Origin: Chiloscyllium plagiosum
Taxonomy: Eukaryota
Reading direction: 5' to 3'
Assembly: GCF_004010195.1 (NCBI RefSeq)
Contig: NC_057760.1
Location: forward strand, 50,871 to 114,870
DNA: 64,000 nt
Position 1 is the first letter of the stretch; the number at the start of each line of letters is the position of its first letter. Below the pieces are notes generated by a model. It worked only from the letters and a program-made list of their open reading frames with translations, did not search any database and was not told the origin of the DNA. The position numbers were made by a program, and so were the translations under genes. Positions 40,701 to 49,500 of the stretch are shown piece after piece.

Positions 40701-43335
40701 ACTTGACTCTCCTCACACCTCCTCAGTGGGTGAACCACTGGATTGTGACTGGCAGAACTCGACTTTGCAAGAGCTTTTGTATTTGTTCTTGATATGTGTG
40801 AATGACTGGGAGAGGACCCAGCTCTCCCAGTGCAATGAAAGTGTACAATGTGGAACTGCAGTCACACATCAGTCATGCAGCGTTAGGGGTGTGAGGGACC
40901 CTGAGGGTTTTCTATCAATTTTGCTAGGCTTTCTGGTGCTAGTGTAGATTTTTTTTTACAGTTCAGTTGCACAATGTGTCATGGCAGGATTTGTGTTCAT
41001 GACCTCTAGGTTGCCAGTCTAATTCCATATTCACCAGACTTCCATACTAGCATCTTATGGCAAGGGAAGAGAACTGGGTTGGCACCCCTATGCTGAGGCA
41101 GTGAGAAGGTTGAAGGTACAATCATGGCCCTCCTGGTCAAAGCAGCGATACAGCCCATACGTTTGTCTTCTGTGTAAATGGGTTACTGAGGAGAAGAGTT
41201 TCCTCTTCCCAACTACTGCATCTATGCTTACAAGGTGTGAAGATAGCATGTAGCATAGCTGTGAGGCACACCACAGCCAAATGGCCTGACATTGCTTGCT
41301 GTTACGGTTCAACAGGTGACTCCAGCAGCAGGCCAGAGAGCAAACAGGGTCTGGCACGACCTTGCAGGCCTTCGGAGAGGACAGGCAGCAAACTGGACAC
41401 CAGCATTGATTTGGAGCACAAAGATAGGACAGGCCAAAGTGAGAATCTGTCAAAGAAAATGATCACCAGTGGAGGAAAATCTGCCTTCCATACAAAATGC
41501 AAATATAGCTTCCACTAAAGAAAATAAATAAGTTATATGTTCTTCACAGGATAGACTCATGAGCACAATATTGTGTACAGTTCCAGTTACCACACTTTTG
41601 CCAAGCATGAGATATCAGTAGAAAAGGTGGAGATTTATAAGGGGTTGAGATCTATAAGGATTACTGAATTTTGGTGATGAGGAAGGATTGGATAGGCTGG
41701 AGTCCCTTCCTTCGGAACTGAGGAGAGATTTAAATAATGGAAATAAACCTCTATGGTTCCTTTAAAGTGGATAGAAAAGGTCAAAACTAGAAAGAGGCAC
41801 AGACTTCAGGTAACTAATGGAAGTATTCAGTGAGTTGAGAATTTTTCTTACCCAATGGTGGGGAGGTGAGGTTGAAACTTGTTCCCTGAAGAGATGGTTG
41901 AATCAGAGCCCCTCTTCAAACTTAAAACATGCTGTACTCAGAATTGCGTTTGCAGTGACGTAACCTTTTTTTGCATTTATTCAATGGATGTGGGCGTCAC
42001 TGGCTGGACAAATGTTTATTGCCCAATTGCAATTAAGAGTCAACCACATTGCTGTGGGTCTGGAGTCGCATGTAGGCCAGACCAGGTAAGGATGGCAGAT
42101 TTCATTCCCTGAAGGATATTAGTGAACCAGATGGATTTTTCCTGATTATTGTTTCATGGTCAGCATTTGACTCTTATTTCCAGATTATTATTGAATTCAA
42201 ATTCCACCATCTGCCATGATGGGATTCAAACCCAAGTCCCCAGAACATTACCTGGATCTCTGAATTAATAGTCCAGCGGTAATACCAATAGGCCATCACC
42301 CACCCAGACTACAGGGTGACAGACCAAAGGTGGGATTAAGCTGATAGCTCTTTCTTGGGCAGCACAGCATGGACCAAATGGCGTACTTCTGCATAATAAT
42401 TTTCTATGACTGTCAGTACACTAGAGAGGGTGAAGGTTGAAGTGATGAGACCAATCCCAAGTATAAAGGGCAATGACTAAATATAACAGCTAATTGACTT
42501 CTACAATCTACAGGGAGAAAGGAAGTATAAATAAAGTATTATCAGAATAATAAATGCATGAAGATAATGTGATACAACAGCTCTTCATCTATGCCTTTCT
42601 TACCTTGGGACTTGACTCTTTCAAAGCTCCTTTGGCCAGTCTCCAATTTTCACTCCTATAAAAATTCAAGCTCACCTAAAATTTCACACTAAGTCCCAAT
42701 TATCATGGTCTCATGTCCTTGTTGCTTGAAATGGACCCTGACCCCAGCAAGGATTCAATTTCTTAAATTCATATCTTTGTTTTCAAATTCCTCCTCATCC
42801 TCTCTCCCTGTCTCTACTCTCCTCCGGGTCCTATGACACTCCTTATCTCTGTAACCTCTTTCAGTCCCCTCCTAATCTCAACCTCCAGTCCCTACACCTC
42901 TCCCCTATCTGTGTAATTTCCCGTAGCTCTTTGAACCGTCAGAGACACCACCCTTACTCCTCCCCACGACAACTGCCTGGAACCCTCAGCTCAGGGTTTC
43001 TCTCTCCCCTGCTTTAAGACGCTCCTTAAAAATCGACCTCATTGACTGAGCTTTTGTCATCTGTCCCTAATATTTACTTATGTATACTTGGAGACAGATG
43101 TCAATTAGATATTGACTTTTCAAATTCTATCCAACAGGTGGCAAGTATTCTAAATAATCTTTAGTCAAAAGCAATGAATATTCTGCTGAGTGAATTGAGG
43201 AATGTTATAAGTGATTTAAGGAGTTCTGTAATCAGGGAAACAAGTTACAATGGCCTTGAATTTTCTTACAACCATTTTCCTTTCTCCCAAAACAGGCTGG
43301 ATGCAGAGTTAAATGGAAATTCAGAAAGCTCCTAG
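16627..43335 (+). CDS. BNIPL: BNIP2-like BCH (CRAL-TRIO-like) domain protein; 9 coding exons: 16627-16722, 19573-19643, 24385-24612, 32478-32651, 35166-35268, 37756-37887, 38625-38711, 39437-39535, 43296-43335 (first exon not located)
   Basis: The spliced translation is continuous with matching phases: ..[207 protein letters not shown]. Family assignment is secure. BNIPL over BNIP2/ATCAY/PRUNE2 is inferred from the TL.LCG and SSDL..DEL.TPSDSE motifs and the downstream MENT-like neighbour. Confidence 0.88.
17143..17900 (-). mobile_element. HE1/V-SINE with an internal 53-bp tandem array (~9 copies)
   Basis: Unit GGGCACTATGGGACAATTTAGCATGGCCAATCCACCCTAACCTGCACATCCCT repeated over ~17250-17735. 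Confidence 0.9.
18220..18890 (+). mobile_element. CR1 3' fragment carrying a family-A PLE mini-element (18381-18508) with a 9-bp TSD
   Basis: CTGAGGGGT is duplicated at 18372-18380 and 18509-18517, and the CR1 sequence resumes exactly. Confidence 0.9.
19573..19643 (+). CDS. BNIPL: BNIPL coding exon (71 nt): [23 protein letters not shown]
   Basis: Polypyrimidine tract with ctacAG acceptor and G|GTAATG donor. PLPED continues the family motif; phase 2 in, phase 1 out. Confidence 0.85.
20210..20545 (+). mobile_element. HE1/V-SINE (diverged)
   Basis: SINE head and core. Confidence 0.75.
22583..22870 (+). mobile_element. HE1/V-SINE nested in a minus-strand CR1 3' fragment (~22530-23520)
   Basis: SINE head, core and tail; the flanks are reverse-complement CR1 3' sequence. 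Confidence 0.8.
23927..24355 (+). mobile_element. CR1 3' fragment ending just upstream of a BNIPL exon acceptor
   Basis: CR1 3' sequence ending ..CTGTACATCTCTATGATTCT. Confidence 0.85.
24385..24612 (+). CDS. BNIPL: BNIPL coding exon (228 nt), acidic region ending in the EFEWE motif
   Basis: ctccttcAG acceptor and G|GTAAAC donor; encodes [13 protein letters not shown] and LDTPS..EFEWE. Confidence 0.93.
24890..25185 (+). mobile_element. HE1/V-SINE with an inverted 3' segment
   Basis: SINE head and core at 24890-25075, then a reverse-oriented tail segment. Confidence 0.7.
25953..30200 (-). mobile_element. Near full-length, degenerate CR1-clade LINE (ORF1 zinc finger/coiled coil plus SGNH esterase; ORF2 APE endonuclease plus RT)
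   Basis: ORF1 pieces: [37 protein letters not shown] and [32 protein letters not shown]2 pieces: [41 protein letters not shown]. Multiple stops and frameshifts. Confidence 0.92.
27325..27474. mobile_element. Family-A PLE mini-element inserted in the CR1 RT region, ~13-bp TSD
   Basis: TTTGTGAG(G/C)CATG at 27325-27337 and 27462-27474; core CTGATGAAGGGCTTTTGCCCGAAACGTC. Confidence 0.8.
32478..32651 (+). CDS. BNIPL: BNIPL coding exon (174 nt), start of the BCH domain
   Basis: ccAG acceptor and G|GTGAGG donor; [36 protein letters not shown]. Confidence 0.93.
32830..34220. mobile_element. CR1-clade LINE fragments including an inverted junction at ~33540
   Basis: 32830-33325 (-), 33370-33540 (-, 3' end), 33541-34220 (+, [33 protein letters not shown]). 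Confidence 0.85.
34466..34704. mobile_element. Near-perfect fold-back family-A PLE mini-element with a 16-bp TSD
   Basis: CTGCCCTTTGAAATGG at 34466-34481 and 34689-34704; centre TTTCGGGCATAAGCCCTTCTTC-CTGAAGAAGGGCTTATGCCCGAAA. Confidence 0.9.
35166..35268 (+). CDS. BNIPL: BNIPL coding exon (103 nt), BCH domain
   Basis: ctaccAG acceptor and AG|GTAATG donor; [34 protein letters not shown]. Confidence 0.92.
35565..35945 (-). mobile_element. HE1/V-SINE
   Basis: Reverse-complement SINE with a partly duplicated head. Confidence 0.8.
36178..36735 (+). mobile_element. Rex1/Babar-type LINE 3' end
   Basis: [42 protein letters not shown], ending in an AATAAATCAAATCAAA tail. Confidence 0.75.
37756..37887 (+). 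CDS. BNIPL: BNIPL coding exon (132 nt), BCH domain
   Basis: cccacAG acceptor and AG|GTAAGA donor; [43 protein letters not shown]. Confidence 0.95.
38195..38535 (+). mobile_element. HE1/V-SINE
   Basis: SINE head and core. Confidence 0.85.
38625..38711 (+). CDS. BNIPL: BNIPL coding exon (87 nt), BCH domain
   Basis: ctacAG acceptor and AG|GTACAA donor; [28 protein letters not shown]. Confidence 0.95.
39437..39535 (+). CDS. BNIPL: BNIPL coding exon (99 nt), end of the BCH domain
   Basis: tctgcAG acceptor and AC|GTAAGT donor; [32 protein letters not shown]. Confidence 0.93.
40140..40580 (-). mobile_element. Penelope-like element 3' end (GIY-YIG C-terminal remnant plus pLTR containing family-A sequence)
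   Basis: The minus strand encodes [22 protein letters not shown], then a C/T-rich tract and CTGATGAAGGGCTGATGCTCAAAAC..CTGACCTGCTGCGCTTTTCCAGC..GCATCTGCAGTC. Confidence 0.8.
43296..43335 (+). CDS. BNIPL: BNIPL terminal coding exon: [12 protein letters not shown]
   Basis: Long pyrimidine tract with aacAG acceptor and correct phase. LDAELNG resembles the family C-terminus (VDQELNG/LDRDLHG); TAG at 43333-43335. Confidence 0.8.
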
Positions 43336-46300
43336 AAATCTTCTTATTTTTGTGAGCGTGGGGAATTCTGCTGGATTGCTTTCTATCTAATGTGGAAGAG
43401 ACATTCTTTGAGTGGCCAACGCAAGTTGACCATGGTGCACAAAATATAAGAACAGCAGAGAGATGTTCAAGACCAGTGTTGCAGACGACATTCAACTTTG
43501 AAGTAAATTTCCCTCCGTCACATTCATAACGGCGGACCTTTAAAAGAAAAATTTCTGAATGGACACATGAACTTTAATGACTCAACCATACAGGACTGGG
43601 GGGTGATGGGTTCAATTCCCAGCAGGTGCTGAGTTTGTTTGATCCATTGGGTTTTGGGGGACAGGAAAGGGGGGTTTAGGAGAATGAAAAACTGGCCTAG
43701 GTTTCTGTTTGCAATCACCAGCTCGAGATTCCAGCTAAGAGCTCGTTTGCAGAAGGTGGATGAGGAGGGAATTAAAACTCCTGCAGTGGTACTCATGCTG
43801 CAAATCTGTGCAAAGTGGGTCACCAGGGATGGTTGGAGGAAGATGTTGGCAGCGACAATTAGAATGTGTAGAGCAGGGAGTTAGGGTCCAGGAGAGAGAG
43901 TTTTATCAGCAACCTTTGGTGTCCCCTCTCTGCCGTTTCCCAATTGTTGACTGACCAGCAATGGCAATAGGTGGTGTCAACCAGCCTTGATGTTGCCAGG
44001 GAGTGTTATCAAGGGTCCATTTACAAGTGATGTTAGGATCAATGTCTGGGATCTGCTTTGGGGATGATGGGGTCAGAGTATGATAGAGTGAGTGTGGAGG
44101 GCTTTTTATTTTTGCTGTACTACCTTGTGAAGGGTGAATGCCCTTCCTCTGTGTTTGTCTCACGGTCTTTCAAGTGGTTTTGAGGAGTGCTGGGCCAAGG
44201 GAAAACAATCTAATTTGAACTAAAACCAGATGGTTGCGAGTTCAAGATTTGTTAACTCTATTAATGTTTCGCTGAATTGGAAACTTGTATGTTGGAGGCG
44301 GGAGAGGGTTTACATTAAGTCTGTTCCCGAGTCAAGAGACTAGTTGCGATATGGGTTTTTCTTTCTATTAAAAAAGTTAAATTAATATCCAAAATAATAT
44401 GTTTTATATTTTGTTGTGAGAATTTATATTTCCCTTTCTTTTGGGGTTGAACCACTAATCATTCCAATTTTAATGAGACTCAATCACCTAATGCTTAACA
44501 CAGCACTATTACCCGGTCAACCTGGGCCAGGCGTCTGAGTGCAAGCTACCTATCATATAGCACAGGGTGCATCAGGCCAGTAGAAGGGAGTGTTTTCTTA
44601 ATATCAAGCAAAGTGCTGCGGATGCTGGTGATATGAAATGAAAAGGAAGCGCTAGAGAAATGCAACAGTGATGGCCTCAGTGGAGAAAGAAACAGAGTTA
44701 ATGTTTCAAGTGTTTGGAGAAGGGGCTGGGAAATGATGGTACTTATGCTACTTACAAAGGATGATAAGCAATTAGAACAGATGACGGGGGTGTGCAGAGG
44801 AAAAGGCAAAGGGACTGCTCACGATGGTAGAGAAGTGATATAGATGCAGAATAGGTGTTAATAGCAGAGAATGGGTCAGCTCTGCCTAGAACAAACTCAT
44901 CCAAACAAGACACTTGGGATGGGTGGAGAATAAAATCAAAATGGAGAACCGTCTTCAAGTTCTGAAGTTGTGACCTTGAGGTAATGATTTAACATAATAA
45001 ATAGCTGATTAGCCTAAAAGCCATCACTTTCCAGCACCTTCAGCTCTGACAAAGAGACCTATTGGACGCAAAATGTTAACTCTGTTTTTCTCTCTCTCAG
45101 CTGCTGCCAAATCTTCAGTTAGTCTTTATTTAGGAAATATTCTGTCCCTGGGTAGAAGCAGGGAGAGAAGACGTGGTGTTGTTAGCTCATCCCAGAGGGC
45201 TCCATCACCATTTGCTAATTATGGCAGTAGCATTAACAGAATCTGCAGAGAGTCTGAGCCCTGTCTTGGCCCCACCCCCAAATCTTTATTAAAAGAGCTT
45301 ATGACAAGATGATAGGCTTGGGGGGAGGAAAAAAGCCATTAATATTTTATATGTAAAAATAATATATACTTTTAGAAAATCTGGAGAATGTTTTATGTTG
45401 AGTAACCCCCCCACTGTCATTTTTATTTTACTACTTGTTTATCTTGTTGATTTTGAAAATGGCACCTGAGTCTCTTAAAGAAAAATGAAAATGAGAGACC
45501 TCCTGATCCAATTAGCCTGTTCCACATAAATTCTGAGTTCTTAGACATCCACTTCCTCATCCTGAGTCTCATACCCTTGAGGAGGCAAGGGGTACTGCAG
45601 ATGGGGCGACCTGGAAGATACCTTTTTGACCGGTTTAGATGGAGAAATTTATTTTCAGGAGACCATTCCAGTGCCTCGTAGCCTCCTAGGCCAACCTGAT
45701 GATCGCTGTTACCACTGGCTCCATTCAAGTCCAGTGTCTCAAGCTGCCAAAGACCCAGGAAAAGCCAATAGATGGACCTGAAAACCAAGTCTCTTCTTTT
45801 AAACAAGCAGCGGGAGATTATTTTGAGTGAGAAATTCTCTCTCAGCTTTTAGTACTCAATTTGTGAGTTACATGTATGTATTTCCTGGGTGTAGTTCTTC
45901 CTTCATTACCAGCAAGTATATTTAAGAACATTAAAGTATGTTGTGCTTTTCTTTACATAAACATTATTTTGTTATTGAGAGTATTTCTCACATTTTAAGA
46001 ATGCACTGGATCAGAAAGAGCTGCATGTCAATATTATATTGCTCTAAAACTGTCTTAGTGATTTAGAAATTCTCTGTCAACAGAATTAAAGATTTGCGAT
46101 ATACTTGGAGTAATAAACATCACAATTATTAATCTTTCATCGAGAGTGTTGTCACATAGATATTCAGACAATATCCTATGATATTGGCAAGATGTCTTCC
46201 CTACCTGTATGTGACTATTCACCCTATCCATTCTAAATTCAGCAAAATGGTCCGACCAGGTATTGCAAATGGGATCCCTGGTTGCAACTTACATTTGGAA

Positions 46301-46429
46301 TGGGAGAATCTCGTAAATCTGGGCTTTTACAGTTCAAGGTGGGCACACTTAGAAGTCCAAAGGTTCAGTGCTTTAACTTTCACTCAAGCATTGTACAGTC
46401 AAAGTGCATGCTCCGCAAACAGCCAAGTC

Positions 46430-47000
46430 TAGGTTAATAGTTCTTTGAAAGTGAAGACCCAGGTGGACAGGGCAGTAAAGAAGGCGTTTGGTATGCTTGC
46501 TTTTACTGGTCAGTGCACTTTTGACATACTGAGTGCAATTCTGGTCTCCCTGCCATAAGAAGGATGTTGTGAAACTTGAAATGATTCAGAAAAGATTTAC
46601 AAGGATATTGCCAGGGTTGGAGGGTTTGAGCTATAGGGAGAAGCTGAACAGGCTGGGGCTATTTTCCCTGGAGCATCAGAGGCTGAGAGGTGACCTTATA
46701 GAGGTTTATAAAACCATGAGGGGCATGGTTAGGGTAAATAGTCAAGGTCTTTTCCTTGGGGCGGGGGAGTACAAAACTAGTGGCTATATGTTTAAAGTGA
46801 GACGGGAAAACTTTAAAAGGGACTTAGGACACAGGTGCGTGTATGGAAGCATTTAAATCACACCTGGATGGGTATGTGAATCAGAAGGATTTAGAGGGAT
46901 CTGGGCCAAATGCTGGCAAATGGGACTAGACTATTTTAGGATATCTGGTTAGCATGGATGAATTGGACGGAAGGGCCTGTTTCCAAGCTCTATGACTCTT
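46430..47000 (+). mobile_element. CR1 3' fragment
   Basis: QFWSPCHKKDVVKLE..RLRGDLIEVYK. Confidence 0.85.
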
Positions 47001-48859
47001 AAGTGCATGCAAGCTGGTACACAAATGTTTCCAGCAATGACTATTTTTTTTTCATTGTTCTGACAACATTGAAGATGGCCACAATGTTTGAAGAAGTATT
47101 GTCAATACTCTGGTTACATGACCTGATTCGAGGCTAGGAATTTTGCAGTGAGTAATCACCTCCTGACTCCCCACGTTTGTCTGTCAGTTATCATGCACAA
47201 GTCAGGAGTGAAACGGAATACTCTGCACTTGATTACAAGGCTATAGCTCAGGAATCCCTTGAGAAGCTGAACACCATCGAGACAAGGCATCCTGCTTCAT
47301 TGTTACCCCTGTCCACCCCCCATACACAATGCTTACATTGTGCAGTGGCATCTTGTAGATGACGGTGCACATAGTGGCTCACCAAGCCTCCTCCAACAGC
47401 ACATTCCAAATTATCTTGACTTCTGCCACCTAGAAGGTCAACAGCAGCAGACGCATTGAAAAATCTAGTTCCTCACAAGGCCACACATCATCCTAACTTG
47501 CTATTTCTTTCACTATCACTGGTGAAGATGCTAGAACTCCGTCCCTGCTGGTACTGTGGGTATCCCTACACCACAGAGACTTCCATAGTTCAAGAAGGTA
47601 GTTCATCACCACCTGATCAAGCATTTAGGGATGGGTAATGAATGTTGGCACATTCAATATTTCCCATATCCCAGGAATACATTTTAAAAACGGCAGGTTT
47701 AGTCTATTATATGATTTGGGGCTGGCTTAACTGTGTCTTGTACCTCTGAGCATTTGTTTGTAAAGAGTTCTGTTACAGCTGTATTGAAGTCAAAAGGATT
47801 GCTGTGAGGGAATACATTACTTAAAATCAGTACCACTCCAACCACATCAGCCTAGTGTAAAGCTAAAGCAGCACAAAATGGGATCTCTGGACGCAACATA
47901 CATTTGGAATGGGAGAATCTCATACATCTGAGTTTTTACAGTTCAAGGTGGGCACACTTAGATTTCTAACAGTTCAGTGCTATAACTTTGCAGGCACTCT
48001 TGAGCCCGTAATCCAGGCTGACATGCCCAGTGCCACAGCAGCATGAGACATTAAATTGCAGCTGTGTCTGCCCATTTAGTGGATGCCAAAGATCCTGTTC
48101 CGAAGAACAGTAGGAAATTTCTTTTCAGGGGTCCAATATTTATCTGTCAGCCAACTTTTAAAAACGAAAATCAGCTGGTTCTGATGCAATGGCCGTTTGT
48201 GGGAACTTGTTGCTTTCCCTACACGGCTCTGGTTTGCAAGTAACTCAGGAAGTTGCAAAGTGTTTCGCAGTTGGTGGAGTTGTGAAATGCAGTGCGTAAA
48301 TAGATGTCCTTATTTTTGTCAAGTTGCCATCAAGTAACTGCTTTAATTAGCAGAGACGTTGAGATGCTGAAGGATGGCAATGCCCTGGTGTATTTTTGGA
48401 AGAATGCTCCTCCTTGTGTACTGTTATGTCCATTACGTGCACTATTTACTCAATCAAGACCCTTCTTGACTTCTCCATTGAATTCCCATCAACCTTTTTA
48501 CTGCTCTCAGGATCATTCTGCTTTTGTTTTGCCTGCAATGATGGCATCGATTGGAAAGAGATGGGCTCATTTCTGCAGTGATCCAATATCCATTTTTTAA
48601 TCAAAAGCTTAAACAAAAACGAGCAAAAAACTGTCATCCATGTGATAATGAACATTCAAACATGAATCTTTTTACCTTGGTCACCCGGCGCCATATTTGT
48701 TATTCACCTGGTGCCCTTTGGTGAGTGGAAACATCTGCGAGTCATTATGTTGCATACAAGGAGGATTTTTTTTTGCATTTAAAATGCTTCACTTGGTCGC
48801 CAGTCCTTTGTTGCTGGATTTATTAAGGATAACTCGGTCATAAATCACAAATTTAACAC

Positions 48860-49500
48860 GAAGAACCACGGTAAGTACCACAAATCGGCGAAGGAGGTGA
48901 TCGGGTGGGCAAGTGGAAACGAAAACCTCCACTTTCACCAGCCCCATCCACGCGTATGCCCCGTTTGCGATCTGAAATCGCTCGAAGGCGCTAAAGCCTT
49001 TGGATTTAATCTGAAGTCGACGCTTTGATAAAGTTTAAAATTGTTCACATCCCCCCTCCCGGATGAAAATGGAACGAGCCACGCCGAGGGCCGGCTGCCG
49101 CCCCCAGCCACGCGTCAAGTTCCACCCACCCGCGTTTTGGCGGGACGGCTTGTGATTGGTCAAACGTCTCCCGTCTAACGTCATAATAGTGCCGTCGCCA
49201 TGGAGATGCGCATGTGCTCGCTCCCGGGCATTTTGAATGCCACCTTCCTCGCGTGCTCTTTAACGGATTCTACCGCGCCACCATCTAATGGCGGCCATGA
49301 TGGTTGCTGGAAGTCAAGAGTCCTCCTGGATCTCACTTTCCAGGGAGCACAGCGGTGGCCATGGACTTTGTTGCGCTCACCTTCCTACTTGCCCACTTGG
49401 CCGCACCGGGGAAGGCACCGGCTGTCGCCGGAGGTGTTATTTTGATAGTAGTGCCCAGTGAGGGGAGTGCCCTCAACCGCCTCGCCTTGCCATCCACCCA
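48860..49500 (+). promoter_or_regulatory. CpG-island-like promoter of the MENT-like gene
   Basis: CpG density rises sharply against a CpG-depleted background. Inverted CCAAT (ATTGG 49155-49159), NRF1-like TGCGCATGTGC (49207-49217) and YY1-like CGCCAT/ATGGCGG motifs (49196-49203, 49288-49296). Confidence 0.7.

Noticed and set aside
16627..43335. Alternative naming as BNIP2, ATCAY or PRUNE2
   Set aside because: Paralogue-leaning motifs, the short C-terminus and the MENT-like neighbour favour BNIPL; a phylogeny would be needed to exclude the others formally.
49304..49360. ORF-track start giving 822 aa
   Set aside because: It is a TTG start from a prokaryote-style ORF caller; the first in-frame ATG is at 49361.
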